Notes: generated by a model not told the origin, from the letters alone. A stretch of DNA of 64,000 nucleotides from Octopus vulgaris (GCA_951406725.2 OX597818.1:31744001-31808000), one strand, 5' to 3'; counted from the stretch's first letter, positions 13,629 to 28,602 are shown. A program made the numbers and translations.

Positions 13629-14249
13629 TATTTATGCCTTTCTCAACTTCTTATAAATTCCTCACAGAATTTATTAAAGAGCTTCATTTCCTCGTTCCCG
13701 TCACATACTTTTTAATGCTTTATGGCATTAAATTCTTCTTATAAATGTGTATATGCTATTTTACTATTTATCTAATTCATTTAATTCTGTCTTATATAAG
13801 TTACGAACGAAGTTATTACAAAAATAAATTTGTTTTCGTCTCTCTCTTATAAAAGTTTAAAATACGCAACAACTTCACGTTGTGTCATGAACTAATTATA
13901 TAAGTTATTTCACTCTTTCCATCTTTCTTATATAGTTTTAAATGTTAATTCATTGATTCTTTTTACTTTTGCTTTCAATTATGATGAAAATATTTAATAA
14001 AAATAGAGAGACTACTTTGTACGTGCTATTTGCTGCGGAAAGTCTAGGCTACTATGTGTGGCTTCTTACAAAATGTGTGATTGTATGTTTGTATGTGGTT
14101 GACAAGTAAAAGCGTAAGATTAAAGCGAGGAATTATTTTCATGAAAAGCGAAATGCTACATGTGATGCGATATAATTAGTTTAGATATAAATTTAGAATT
14201 TATGACCTGTAGCAGTTTCGTCACAACAAAATCTAGTAAAATAATGAAT

Positions 14250-14455
14250 ATTATCATCATCATCGTCATTATCATCACCACTACCACCACCACCACCACC
14301 GCCACCACCACTATGATCATCATCACCACCAGCATCACCGCCACCATCACCACCATCAACAACAACAACACCATCGACAACATCATCGCCATCACCATCA
14401 TCATCGTCATCATCATCATCATCATCATCATCATGATCGTTGTTGTGGTTGTTAT
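14250..14455. repeat. Mixed trinucleotide repeat (CAT/CAC/CAA)
   Basis: Directly visible. Confidence 0.95.
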
Positions 14456-15169
14456 TGCGGTTGAATTAGAAAAATTATAGTTTCAATGAAATAGAATTGA
14501 AATCTACTGAATTAGCGACGACATTTTTATTATTTTTTTTAATTATTGAATCAGAATTAAAATTTAAATGTCAAGTCAGTGAGAAAAATTAATTTCAGTC
14601 CATTGTAAATTAATTTCGAATTTATTATCTTCCTATGCCAGCTGAGATTGCTGCTTTTGTAACTCACACAGCTGTAGGCCACTTGGATATCACTATTCAC
14701 GAAAATAAATGCTGATTTCCAAGAGATTCGTGAGTTGCGCCATCCATATGAACGTCTGCTTTATGTGCAAACGTTGGATTTTAAGTTTCTCGGGAAGAGA
14801 TAAACGACTGAGCACTTTGACCCCCTTAAATTACAGTTATCGTCTTCATGTGGCACATGCACAATGTGCGAAAAATGCCCAGTCAAAAATTGAACGCAAT
14901 TGTTTCACTTGAAGAAATAAAAAGCACAATCCAACCATAATATAAATAGGAAATACCAGGGTACGTTTGGTAGTGTAACTGAAGTAAAGTGAGTCTATAC
15001 AGGTTAGTGAAGTATTTTTTTTCCTCAAGCCTTCTTAGAGCATCTAGAATTCGACTGACTGTGCGCTGAGCTGCCAATCCCTCAAATTTTTCCTATCCAA
15101 TTGCAAACAACTGATAATAAAGATCCTAAAATTTATCTTAATCTTAGTGACGGAGATAGCTAAGATATA

Positions 15170-16431
15170 CAAGGGTTGGACAAAATAATGGAAACACCTG
15201 AAAATTTCAAACAAAATTATTTCAGTATACAGTAGGACAATCTTTGGCAGTAATTGAGCTCGAATTCTACGAGGTGTAGACTCATACAAAGTTTGAATTG
15301 TTTCCAAAGGAATTTTTGTCTATTCTTCAGCTAAAACAAACTCCAATTCTTGTAGTGATGATGGTGGAAGATATCAACTCCTTAATTGTTTTTCTAAAAT
15401 GCACTATAAATGTTCAATAATATTGAGATCTGGAGACTGTGGTGACCAGATAAGATGTTCATCTTCACTAGAATGTCCCTTGTGCCATTCAGTAACAAAT
15501 TTAGCTGTGTGAATTGGTGCATTATCATCCTGAATGATTACGTTTCCCTCCGGAAACAGTTCCGCAACCACAGGATGAATTTGATCTGATAAAATGCATA
15601 AATAGTCCTTAATATTAATTCTTCCATGAAGGGAAACCATTGGACAGGCGGATTTCCAAGATAAAGCTCCTCAATTCATCACACATCCTTCTGCGTGTTT
15701 AACAGTTGGAAGAAGGAAAATACTTCTTTTGACTGTCTACACACGCATACTCGCCAGGTGGTCGGAAATAAGTTAAAGGATGACTAGTCCGATAAAATAA
15801 CATTTTCCCACTGCTCTAGGGACCAATTCTGTAGGTTTATACTCCACTCTAAATGCTTTGCAACGTTTCTTTTTGAAAGTAGTGGTTTTCTGATTGCAGC
15901 CCTTCCGTGAAATCCGGCTTTGTGCAGCTCTCGGCAAACGGTTTTTGTGGAAACTGGGTTCTCGAGGTGGCCATTAAGCTGTGCTGTAATTTTAGGAGCT
16001 GTAGTTTTGTGACCCTTTCTAACAATTCGCATAAGAGCCCGACGCTCCTTATCTGAAAGTTATGGTTTTCTTCTGGAGTTTTGTTTCGACGAGGAGGTTT
16101 TCTCTCTTTCTCAAAGCTGTCATTATTTTCAATGCAGTACTTCTTGATACACCAAACACTTCGGCCGTTTTTCGTTACGCTAGCGCCTGCCATACGATCA
16201 CCAACAATTTGATCTACTTGAAAGTCTGATAAATCTGTCATTTTAATGAATTTTAATTATCTTTTTCTGATGATATCTGAAAAAGAAACAGCAATGTTAG
16301 TAAAACACATTAGGCAACACTAATTATAAATCAAATAACGTAAAAATAAACAAGCTTTTGGCGGTTTTATAGATATTTCAAAATTATGGTGTTATGATGC
16401 TAGGTATTTCCACTATTTTGTCCAACCCCTA
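15170..16431 (-). mobile_element. Full-length-sized Tc1 (DD34E) transposon with frameshifted transposase pseudogene
   Basis: ~30-bp TIRs CAAGGGTTGGACAAAATAATGGAAACACCT / AGGTATTTCCACTATTTTGTCCAACCCCTA, TA flanks; fragments MTDLSDFQVDQIVG.., VSTKTVCRELHKAGFHGRAAIRKPLL..W..VILSD, IQDDNAPIH..WSPQSPDLNIIEHL. Confidence 0.93.
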
Positions 16432-16749
16432 TATATACTAATGAAGAAAATACAAGACTGTCCAGAGCAAATCATATGTAACAGAGAAAAGGTACTTAGA
16501 AATGACTTAGAAAGATATATCACTCGGTATAGCAATGAAACTTGGCATTAGAAAGAAAAAGAGATATTTTACCTTTTTCAAAACAAACAGAAATGACTAG
16601 TATTACAGTCTGAAGAGCAATAGCAGAGGAATTTGACTATATTTTGTCAGACACGAGAAAATTAACATATTGTGGAGTGAACGTCTGATACTGTGCGCTA
16701 AATTTCCCTCACAACGAAACTTGTCATCTATTAATGAAAGGATATAGTG

Positions 16750-16819
<70 letters not shown>

Positions 16820-17000
16820 GTGTGTGTGTGTGTGTGAGTGTGTGTGTGTGTGTGTGGTTTGATTCTTTTATTCTTTTACTTCTCTCAACAACCGATCTTA
16901 GGCAATGATGGTGATAGCGCCTGTATAGTTATTTTAACTCTGGCACTTATTCTAACATATCCTTTCGCACGATTGCAACCAGTTGCAAAAAGTCTCTCTT

Positions 17001-17032
<32 letters not shown>

Positions 17033-17195
17033 ACCTATTTATGTGCGACAGTGTACCTTACTCAACCAAAGACACGTACAAAACAGAATAGTTAGTCTAA
17101 GGTTATAGGAAAAGAATGTGCCCAAGCAGCATGCAGTGGAATTGAACCCAAAACGACGTACTTGCGTAACTAATCTCTCACCATTCCTAGTGTAT

Positions 17196-17242
<47 letters not shown>

Positions 17243-17423
17243 CAGTGAGTCAATCTATCTATCTCTGTATATACATACATATATGCATATATATGTATTG
17301 AGATGCAATTTTACATTTCTAATTATTAATTTGTAATTGATTGAGTTAAGGTTACAGAAGATTTTCACAATGTGTAAATAAATTGAATCTTATCAGTTGA
17401 AACTCTCCAGTTTCTCCTTATAT

Positions 17424-17501
<78 letters not shown>

Positions 17502-19072
17502 TGCATGTATATACTCGTATATAAATAAGTTTATACATGTATGTAGATATATTTTGCATATGCGTACACATATCTATATATGCTTGCACAAATTCATATT
17601 GAAACATCTCTCAACATCTCTGCTTTTCACTTCGGCACTTGCGACTACACCAATGTAAATAACTTAATATGCATTATACACCCTGCCCTGTTCGTTGTAA
17701 TGCATTGGAATAAATTGACTGTTGCAAGGAAACGAAAGAAGTGTATATTCTCCTCTACACCACCCACTAATCCACACTCATTCATTTTGGCAAACGTGCC
17801 GGAGTGGTTTATCTAAGTAACTATGCTCACTCCTATGCAGATAAGCTAGACTTCATTAAACGGTCATTGTATTGAATATCTGAAAGGAAACATTCCATTA
17901 TGGCTCCAATCTTGGTTTTCTTCGATCGCTACTCAACTAGTTGTCCCAATAAACAGACCAGCACAATCAAATCTGTAGCTGGATTCTCAGTAAAAGAAAC
18001 ATTGGCTTTTCTCCTGTCCACTATCTACGGATAAACAAAATCTTCCCTTCCACCACCATTGAGCTTTAACCGAACGTTGTTATTTTTAATTTCTATAATT
18101 ATATTTCCATTCGAACGGATCAGAAGAGACCATTCAACTTCGGACCTCACTTGCCTGCTTCTGGATTCTTCTAAAAACATTGCAGCAGCGGGGTCAACGA
18201 TAAGAAAATTAACATAACACTGTAGTGATTTAATAATGTTGATATATCCTGCCAAATTTACCAATATTACCTGAGTAATATTTTGATAAATTAACTTAAT
18301 TCAATAACTACAGTCCGTTCGTTAATTATTGCTCAGTAGAATTGGCGGACGAAAATAGAAAAATAAATTGCTAAATTTCGCATCATAAAATTGCTTCTTT
18401 CTATTTGCAAATAGACATGAGCATAAATAAAAGTGCTTCATTTCATTATACACCAATGATTTCTTTTATTAAAGACGCAAGATGTTCCAGAACTATTAGT
18501 TAAGAGTTAACTTGGCGTATTTGCAGTTAGAGATTTAGAATATTACTGATGGTTTGTATACAGAGTAAATCCGGCAACTCAACCAAGATTTAAAGGAAGT
18601 GCTGAGGTTGATAGTGTTTCATATTATTGGACTTTGGGTAGTTAATGCACATTCCTTTAGATGATCTGATAGGTTTCTAGTCCTTCTTTTATACGTATTA
18701 ATTCTTTTTGTCTAACATCAGACTAGCTTTGATTAATCAGATTTATATTTAACCATTTTAAAGTTTTTCATGTTGAGTTATAAAAGAAATATGGCTTCCA
18801 ATCATGCAATTTCAGAGACAGTTCAAAGGTTCCTTCACTTACTCGCACCAACAGATAAGCTCACCTAACTGTCGTATACCAAATGCATAATATAGTTTCA
18901 GTAAAATATAATAGTATCTATTATAAATTTGTGTGTAAAAACATTGTATCTTTGTTAAACTATCATAATATAGTAAAAAATAATTGTATTCGTCATAAAC
19001 TATTGTGACAGACGAATATCTCTTACTGACTCTATTACGAAATAATAGAGCAACTACCACTTCTATATAATC

Positions 19073-19262
19073 CTTTTAAATTTTGGCACAAGGCTAGCAA
19101 TTTTAGTGTGGTGGGGGGGACTAGTCGATCAGACTTAACCCTGTGTTGAACTGGTACATATATCATTCATCCCAAAAGGATGAATGGCAAAATAGATTTC
19201 AGAATATAGCGTCAGAATTTATCGCGTCTGACGTATGAACGACTCTGCCAGCTCGCTGCTGG
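19073..19262 (-). mobile_element. SINE family B, degenerate
   Basis: GGCACAAGG tail, GGATGAATGGCAAA core and TGCCAGCTCGC head remnants. Confidence 0.7.
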
Positions 19263-20544
19263 CTTATTGCTTCTATATACAAATGTTTTAAGCAAGCGGA
19301 CAGTACGACACAATTGTCTCAATTGTACTTCTTGTTTCATATACGCTAATGACTAAGAATGTACTATTGTGAAAAGGTTGTATCGCAATTAGACAACCCG
19401 AAGGTAGGCAAATATACGTCCACCCTACAAATGCTGTACACAAATTGACTTCACTGAAGTTATTAGAGAAAATTTATCGAATGGTGGAATTAGCTAATCT
19501 GAATTATTTACCAGTCTAAATGAGTTTGCCAATGTTAAAAATCAAATAAATAAACAACGGGAATTTCGAAGCAGTTTTTGATCAAAAATAATACTTTGAA
19601 TGGTAGCATAAAATACAAATAATTCAACCACGGTAGTGGTTGAATATATTCTTAAGCCCACTATTTCGTCAGTCGCAGCAAATTCCAAGCTTCACCACTA
19701 ATTTAGTTCTCAACTAAACTGTTACTCTGGCACAAATAGTTTGAGAATTGGTTCAGTAGAAAACAAGTTCCAAATATATGAGGTTTAAAGGGGGGAGTAA
19801 GGCACCTATTATTCTTCAATTAACATAATTTTTAAAAATCTTAAAATAAAAGTATACTTTTCTTAGGCTTAAATGATAGAACAATGCATGAGGAATTCAG
19901 AATCGTTAGTCACATTGATCAAAAATTAGTAAAAAAATAAGCTATGAGGTAAAATGTCATGAAATTTCATGTCAGCACGTGAGGCAGTAAGCAACGTTCC
20001 AAGCAATAATGTTAAGATAAGAATATATTACTAAAATAAATGCTTACGTTCTAACGCGGCGAGTTGGCAGAAACGTTAGAATATTACTTTTTCATGCTCG
20101 TATTTTTCCATGTAATAATAGTTACGCTAGTTTCTTAGTAAATTTTAAATAGTATAATAAAAGTGTGTGATATGTGCTTGTATGTATGTGATTGTTTTTG
20201 TATGTGCATGTGTGTCCCGATGAGCATACGCCGGGGAACATTATTTACTTGGATAGGTCGATAAATAGATAAATAGATAGATAGATGGATAGACAGAGAT
20301 AACCAGATAGAGGCATTCATAAATATATATATTTGTTTGCAGTTATACATATGCAGATTAACCTATATGATCATTAAAATCAGATTATGCAAACAGAACA
20401 CATATGATACTTGAATCTATGGTATATTTAAGGTAATGCAATAAGCCTAATCTGCCCTCGGAAAGATTTAACCGCACTGATTTACTAATTTTCATTTCTC
20501 AGCTTACGTACTTTCAGATAAGTTTGTGTATGTGCACTCAGATG

Positions 20545-20768
20545 TTTGAATCTTTCGATACAAACCTGGCTGAGGCCGCTCCTAGTTCTAGGATAAAGAC
20601 TTCCTTTTTAGAGTGATCTAAATTAAAAGCTTCCATCAACATTTCATATAAATGTTACAAACATCAGTTTAATAATGATGAGCTTATTCTATTAAATTCT
20701 TCATTATGTTCAAAATCATTGAAGCAAATACATACTAATTCAACAGAAATAAGGTAACAAAGAGTTAA
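20545..20768. mobile_element. Degenerate MITE with TTAA-type ends (piggyBac-like)
   Basis: Ends TGAATCTTTCGATAC / GTAACAAAGAGTTAA form imperfect TIRs; a similarly ended unit lies at ~45845-46059. Confidence 0.4.
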
Positions 20769-20894
20769 TTTTATTTGCTTATTATCATTTTGTCTTTGTT
20801 TTAATTTCTCTGAGTTGTACTGAAGTCTATACCCTAGATGCCAAAAAGCAATGTCTTGGCATCTAAAGATGCCAGCAGGTTAAATACTTTGTAA

Positions 20895-21055
20895 TTCTTT
20901 TCTACGCTAGGCACAAGGCCCGAAATTTTGAAGAATGGGGCAAGTCGATTAGATTGACCCCCAGCAAGCAACTGGTACTTAATTTATCGACCCCGAAGGG
21001 ATGAAAGGCAAAGTCGACCTCGATGGAATTTCAACTCAGAACGTAGCGGCAGACA
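20895..21055 (-). mobile_element. SINE family B, 5'-truncated
   Basis: Clear match to the family core AACTGGTACTTAATTTATCGACCCCGAA-GGATGAAAGGCAAAGTCGACCTCG. Confidence 0.9.
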
Positions 21056-21154
21056 AAAACAATATCTTGTAATTGAAAAACTAATGACTGTATGTTATCA
21101 AAGAATAATTTATTTTCATAAAATGTATAATAAAACTGAATAAATAAGATTGTA

Positions 21155-21780
21155 TTTAGATGGGAAGGAATTTCTGTAAAATCTATGAGATATCCTTAAG
21201 TATGATCTTTTGCAATTCACTTATTTGGGACTGCCAGGCATTTGGTCAGTATATTCTTTGCTTCTTTTGATATCATTCCAAGTGCCCCAAATCCTTATGT
21301 TTGTTCAAGTTCCCAAATGTTTTCAGATATGTTTTAGTCATGTCAAGCACTAACCTCCATAAGACATGTTTTTTTCAGCCTGATTTTTTCACGTCGATGT
21401 CTTGTTGTTTAGCCTGAATTTCCAGAACCTTCTGAATACTGAGATTTCAAAGGATTAGAGATTCAGCATTCTTCATAACTTGTGGTGGTTTATGTTCCTT
21501 GCATATTGAGCAGGTATGTACTGAGCTGTCTTGTCATGTATTTGCAAGTACTCAGCTGGTACTAGTCAGTCGCATCCAGAGATTATGTTGTCTCGATGTT
21601 TTCCGCATGCATGACATGGAGGGCTTCTATCGTGTTTCAGAAGATTAAACGTGTGCTTCCTAGTTAGAAAGCACTGATTCTGAGGAGCGATAATATAGAA
21701 ATATTACAGTATAGCGTCTTCGAAAACTTGTGACTTTGAAATTATTTGTGTCACATGTTTAGCAATAGTATATTTCAGTT
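21155..21780 (-). mobile_element. Highly decayed R4/Dong-like non-LTR retrotransposon 3' region (CCHC finger plus RLE endonuclease)
   Basis: Ordered minus-strand fragments IIAPQNQCFLTR, PPCHACG, DNIISGCD*LVPAEYLQIHDKTAQYI, GALGMI, ELQKIIL with many frameshifts. Confidence 0.7.
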
Positions 21781-22455
21781 TCATGTCTGTGTATCAACAA
21801 CAATTTGTCCTCGTTTGGTGAAAAGGATATTTTCTTAATATTACGGAAAGATATTACTGCAAATCGGATATTTTGTCGGCATGTGTCAGTTAACAGTACT
21901 ATAATGAATGTGATTCAATTGAAAATAATCATTCTGTCACGAAACCCGTAAACGTTGTTCAAATTTAAACAAAAATAGGGATGATGGGATTTAGAGTTCT
22001 GCAAATTAAATTGTCAAAACATATTCGCAAGTTTTGAGTTAACTTATAACTCAATCACTGAGACATTTTCACTCTTTTCTCATCTGCCCGTTAACAGGTA
22101 GAGAGAAAAAGACAAATGTCCCAACGTATAGCATACTGGATAACTAATTCATCGTTTGTGTTGCATGCATATCCTTGGTAAAATAATCTATTCTCTGTGG
22201 CTCTTAGAAGCAGGTAGTAGATCATTGGGGATTGTAATCTGTGCTACGCAGTGGATGGCTTAACTGATCTCCGCTTTACACACTGAAATTAGACGTGAAC
22301 GCTGGCTCCTGCGCTTATGAGACATACATTTATATTATGCTACGGACACGTCTGTATAAATAACTATATCCTCTTCCTGCACGCGTTACGTACCAACGAT
22401 GAGTGGCACACAAGAGCTGGTTTTCCTTTTCAATTAATCAGTGTGATGCGAAATA

Positions 22456-22698
22456 CAGGGTGGCCCAAAAGTAGGTTTATAGTTATCAATTAGGCAATTA
22501 GGTACTTTAAATTTATTTTAAAACATTTTATTATATTTAAATTTCTATCTTATAAACTGAAAAGGGAGCTTGAAAAAATCAACTAAATTAGCATAGAATA
22601 ATGGTTTCATACATTTTTATAATTAAGATCTAAACCGTTGATATATGAATGCGGAAGAGATAGTTGAATAACTGTAAACCTATTTTTGGGCCACCCTG
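22456..22698. mobile_element. Tc1/mariner MITE, 243 bp
   Basis: 31-bp TIRs CAGGGTGGCCCAAAAGTAGGTTTATAGTTAT (2 mismatches), TA on both sides, AT-rich interior. Confidence 0.93.
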
Positions 22699-23335
22699 TA
22701 CAGTCAGCAAGTATGAAAATATGTTGTCAATCTGTAACATAGAAGACACAGCCTTCTTTGTCCCAATAATTCTTTATCAAAATTTCTGGTAACTGAATAT
22801 TTTGTGTTTGCTAAATTGCACTTCTATATCGTTAGCATACAGAGATAGCATTGACCAAGTGAGTACCATGTTTACACACGGTTTCGCCCACCAAATTCAC
22901 TCACAGCCAAGGCAATAGCAGAAGACACTTGTCCAAGGGCCTGAACCCGAGATCATGTTATTTCAAAAGCTAGCTTATAAGCCACACAGCCATGCCTGAG
23001 TCTAAAGTTACGAAATTTTATCTAAATTATTTTAGGCGCCAGCTAGACATATAATATGTCCAAAACTAGAAGCAATACATATTTGGTTCATCCAGTTTAC
23101 ACAAATTATAGTAAGTTAATAAATATCAATATATTTACCCCTTCTTCAAACATTTTGGCTGATCTTTCTGTGTAGTAAAACTAAAGTATTACTTTGTGAT
23201 ATTGTAAACAAAATAACGTCCACGCACAGGCGCTCATACACACACAAAGATACACAGAGACATACACACACACAGACACACACACACACACACATACACA
23301 CAAAGACACACACAGACACACAGACACACACACAC

Positions 23336-23369
<34 letters not shown>

Positions 23370-24223
23370 GTACGCGCACACGTACTTACCCATATACAAA
23401 CATACAAAACTTCTGCAATAATGAGACAACGATAAAAAATAATCAAATATCAATGTTTATGTGTTAGTCCTTTGTATTTAGTTGTTTTCGTTGATGCTAG
23501 TGGTGGAGATGGTTGGTGTCTTAACCAAGATTCATTTGAATATAGAAAAAAAATGAACCAATCAACATAATTGAAAACAAATATAACCGCAAAAAAAGAA
23601 AAAGAAATATATATATACATATAGAACTAAATGGAAGCTAACAATGCCATCCAAAGTTCTGTGTATTTAAACAGTAGTTAATCTAATTTTATAATCAACC
23701 AGAAAATTGTGGTGACTGATTCTATCGATATTGGTGGAAGCACAGATGCCGGCACGAGGAAAACGGGGAGAGAAATTTCCCATTGACCTAAAGTATTGGC
23801 TTGAGGTGGAATCGAACGGACTAAATGCTGAGTCAAGCAGGATGGATCGCTTGGCTTTGTTATTGTAAACCATGGATCGATATTAGTCATCACTTTCGGT
23901 AATGAATGTCTCGATGTGTGTATGCAAATATAGGCGTGGGTTTATTCATAAATACTTATGTACAAACACACTGACACGCACGCACAGCCACCCACCTACC
24001 TAAATACCCCCCATATATATACATACATACATACATACTTACATACATATATATATATATACACATATACATACATACATATATATATTTATATATATAT
24101 ATATATATATAATTATATACATACATACGTATATATATGTAATGATGTATATGTATGTGCGGGTGTTTATATCTACGTATGTATGTGTGCATCTATGTGG
24201 ATATGTGTGTGTGTGTGTGTGTT

Positions 24224-24286
<63 letters not shown>

Positions 24287-24423
24287 GTATGTATATACAT
24301 ACATATACATATATGTATATACGTATATATGTATATATGTAATAATGTATATGTATGTGCGGATTTTTATATGTACGTATGTGCGTGTGTAAGTGTATAT
24401 ATTTATTTATATTATATGTGTGC

Positions 24424-24482
<59 letters not shown>

Positions 24483-25422
24483 TATGCATGTGCCTGCAAT
24501 AGTCCATGCGTCAATATCAATATTGGAATGATATTTACGCGTATGATTGTGTATGAATTCAAATATGCGCCAATTTCTGTGTATGTATGTATGTGTGTAT
24601 GTATGTAGGCTCCAGACACTTGTATGCGGATGTGTGTCCGTATGAATGAGCGTGAGTGCATCTATGCATGCTTTATTCTGAATGTGCGTATGTGTGTACT
24701 GTGTTTATGTGTTGTGCGTGTGTGTCTGTCTGTACTACGCTTCCTCTTGACGGATGAACATGTGTCAAGTTGTAGCTTCATATACATATGTATATATGCC
24801 AATAGAAATGTATATTTGCGGAAATGATTTTACGTGTATGAATCAGCGATAGTGAAGACATATATATTGATATAATCTGTCTGTATGCATTTATAGATGT
24901 GAATTCAATCATGCGTTTACGTGTGAATGGCTATGAACGTTTCAATGCGTGGGCTCACATGCTAGGGCGTTTGTGTATATGTATGTGTGTATATGTGTGT
25001 GTGTGTTGTTCCTGTGTGCTGACGTGTGTATGAATCTTAATGTATGTTTGTCTAGAAGATTTTATATGTAAATCTGTACCAAGTCGCGCATAATAGATAG
25101 AGAGGTGGCAAATGTTAGACGAATCATTGCACATTGAGCATATATTTATGTTAGACAGAGACGGATGGGGAAATAGAGAGACAGGGAGGAGAGAGAGTGA
25201 GGAGGAGACAGAGAGAAAAAAATGAGGGCGAGATGAACAAAAGAAAGGGCAGCAAAGAAAGCTGTCACTGACAGAAAAACTGATGATTCACTAAATCGTT
25301 ACTCAGAGTTTCACGATATGAATGACATACATTGCGACTTGAGTAATCATACATAGCGAGAAATAATGAGTAATGACGGAGTATTTACTCCCTATCTTGT
25401 TTTGTCTTAACTAGTTTTACTC

Positions 25423-25494
<72 letters not shown>

Positions 25495-25529
25495 CTTAAC
25501 TTTTTCCAGGATTCATGTATTTTAATAAC

Positions 25530-25745
25530 CCGTTCTACTATAAGCACAAGGCCTGAAATTTTGGGGGAGGGGTTAGTCGATTAAATCTACCCCATTACGT
25601 AACTGGTACTTATTTAATCGCCCCCGAAAGGATGAAAAGCAAAGTCGACCTCCGCGGAGTTTCGTGGAGCTTTAAGTGTTTTCACTCAATAAATACTCAC
25701 AACGCCTAGTCTGTGAATCGAAACCGCGATCCTACGACCTCGTGT
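25530..25745 (-). mobile_element. SINE-B 3' part joined to a SINE-C head fragment
   Basis: 25530-25661 matches family B; 25662-25745 matches family C. Confidence 0.75.
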
Positions 25746-26064
25746 ATTCTGCCACCACAGTAGCATAATAATGACACCAAGTCAAGAATAGCACTGTACC
25801 AACAGCGTATACGAACACAGACGCATATTTAATATATATATAAATGCAGATTTGGCCTACTAACTGCATACACATGCTCATGAACAGCTTGATCGTCACC
25901 GAGAAGACGGAACAAAAGAAGTGTTAAATTTTGGATTTAAATTTTTATTCACCTGAGAAAACTTATTTTTCATGCTGCCAATGTTCATCGTGTTCCTCAA
26001 TGAAAAAAACGCGTCTGCAACAGTTGTACTGAACCTATATATTTGGCTTCCTCTGCTGACTCAC

Positions 26065-26163
26065 CATCGGGAGGGTATTACGGTTCAGGTTAGAAACACC
26101 CGATGAACGTTGGATACCGTTTGATGATTTCAGTTCCTCATGGGCAAAGCTCCATTCACTTTG
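26065..26163 (-). CDS. Candidate internal coding exon (99 nt, phase 0-0): QSEWSFAHEELKSSNGIQRSSGVSNLNRNTLPM; product unknown
   Basis: Acceptor TGCTTTTTCCATTCAG and donor ATG|GTGAGT bound exactly 33 codons; only one frame is open; non-repetitive sequence. Confidence 0.45.
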
Positions 26164-26324
26164 CTGAATGGAAAAAGCACTTTATAATAGGTGTTATTAA
26201 CATCATGATTGACCGCTGGCCCATAAAGCTTTTTTTATTCTCTCTCTGTTTATTTCCTCGTGTTCCTTTCTGTTGAACAGTCTAGGCTCGAAACGTAAAT
26301 GACTTTTGTGTTTCTAGAAGGATT

Positions 26325-26385
<61 letters not shown>

Positions 26386-26570
26386 GTGTAGATTTATATT
26401 TTTAAAATAAACCTCCCATATATTGCAATCCCATAAAAGAATACTTTTATGGATACAAACAGCTGCTTGAATGCTTTGGGTTGCTGTAAGTAACTTATTA
26501 AATCAAATATTTGAGATGGCATTGTTACATTGAAATTCTGTTCAACATTCAGTTCAGTATAATAAAGTAT

Positions 26571-26735
26571 GTGGGGGCTCAATGACCCAGTGGTTAGGGT
26601 AGCGGACTCGCGGTCGGAGGATCGCGGTTTCGATTCTCAGACAGGGCGCTGTGTGTGTTTGTGAGCGAAAACACCTAAAGCCCCACGAGGCTTCGGCATG
26701 GGTTAGTGGCGACCCCTATTGTTCTCTTTCGCCCA
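26571..26735 (+). mobile_element. SINE family C, 5' half
   Basis: tRNA-like head homologous to 9170-9270. Confidence 0.8.
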
Positions 26736-26828
26736 TTCTCGAAACAGGGAACAGCCCCAAATATCTGCCACAGATTGAAAGTACTATAGGAAACTAATGG
26801 CTAAGTGGTATTGTTAAACCAAAAAGCA

Positions 26829-26928
<100 letters not shown>

Positions 26929-27476
26929 GTCTGTCTGTCTGTCTATCTAGCCATCTATCTGTCTGTCTGTCTCTCTATCTATCTCCCTCTCCCTCTCTCT
27001 CTCTCTTTCTGCGCGCACACACACACAAACACATTATAATGCATACGCTACCATGAAGTATTATGCGATATTACATTAGACTTGTTGGGTAAGGCCGAAG
27101 AATGCGCGATGAGGCATAAAGCAAAATACAAAAATAAAACTGCAAATTTGGCCTTTTGTATTTTACATTTCTATATCTTGGCGTAGACTCCTTCTTCACG
27201 ACATTTGAACAAGCGGAGGACGAACAAAGGTCGTTCCTGAGACGTGTTGGGGAGGAAGGTGTCATTCCTAGGTTTGTGTCGCTATAGCAACCCGTCCGGG
27301 TCTGGCAGCTTTGTAGGTGTTTTTTGATCGAAGTGTCTGTGCACATATGTTTCTTGATTCGAACGTACAGTTTCCTGGTGATTATCTGAATGTGGGGGAA
27401 AAGGAGAGATAAAAAAATTCCTCAAATTTAGCCCGAACGTCTTGTATATCCTAGATAGAGCCAGGTTAGGACAAAT

Positions 27477-27521
27477 GCTGTGCGGATGAAGGCTGTTGTG
27501 GCAGAAACACTTGTTGACAGT
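27477..27521 (+). ncRNA. Degenerate minimal hammerhead motif
   Basis: GCTGTG-CGGATGA-AGGC-TGTTGTG-GCA-GAAAC-ACTTGTT-GACAGT; a few substitutions from a canonical type I core. Confidence 0.45.
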
Positions 27522-28286
27522 TGATGTCTTGTCTTTCTTTACTATAATATTAATAGTGGAGAATTCTTGATTATTGAGAATACCCTCGTTTTCCATCAGA
27601 AATTGGTTGCAACTCCCACCAGGACTTAATTTACAGTCTCAAAATTTGAGTAATTTCGAAATATCACGAATTTTTCTTGTCTGAATTATTCTTCATTGTT
27701 CTCACTATTGCTTTAATTAAATGGGTTTGTTTGTGTCTGCGTGTTTTTATGTATGTCTGTGTGTGTCTGAGTTGTGTGTTTGTTTGCTTTTAGCTTAAAG
27801 AATAATATACATTTCTGAAGAGACGATGCACTTTTACAAGTTATATTTCAAACAAAAGAGAAAGCAATAGTCTCCTGTATGTAGGTGAATAGAGAGTGAA
27901 TGTCCTTATAACTCCAGCCAATATAGCCCGCATTGTGTTTTCTCTTCAGTTCTCATACGTGGCTAATTAGCCTTCTCTGATATTGCTCTCTAAGATATGC
28001 CAAGATGTAGAGTCGGCGTTTTCCCAACATTCCATAAGACATTGCATTGTTATGCTATGATCCTATATTTTTTTTTTGTGTGTGATTACAATACATACTC
28101 ATAATACATACGCGCATATAGACAGAAATACACGTATTTATATCCATAAAAATGCATGTATTTTCCTTATTTCATTATATAAATAAATGAACTAAATTAG
28201 TTATTATTCTGAAGTGTGGGAAATATACCGCAAATAAATATTATTCTTACGTTACCTCTGTGAATCTTGCCTCATTACCGCATACT

Positions 28287-28287
28287 G

Positions 28288-28366
<79 letters not shown>

Positions 28367-28571
28367 GTCTATCTATCTATCTGTTTGTCTGTCTGTCTGT
28401 TTGTGTATCTTTCTATCTGTCTGTCTATCTGTCTATCTGTCTATCTGTCTGTCTGTCTGTTTGTTTGTCTATCTATCTGTCTGTCTGTTTGTCTGTGCGT
28501 CCATGTATCTAAATATCTATCTATCTGTCTGCCTGTCTGTCTATCTATCTATCTGTCTGTCTGTCTGCCTA

Positions 28572-28602
<31 letters not shown>

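Noticed and set aside
15404-16241. Tc1 transposase as an active gene
   Set aside because: Split across frames with stops; pseudogene.
18025-18264. 79-aa minus-strand ORF in unique-looking DNA
   Set aside because: No recognisable motif; possibly old LINE debris.
23667-23893. Overlapping short minus-strand ORFs in a GC-richer patch
   Set aside because: No convincing splice sites or homology I can recognise.
27814-27875. CTGAAGAGAC...GTCTC hammerhead-like start (similar partial motifs near 16609 and 30267)
   Set aside because: GAAA box and cleavage triplet missing; cannot be supported.
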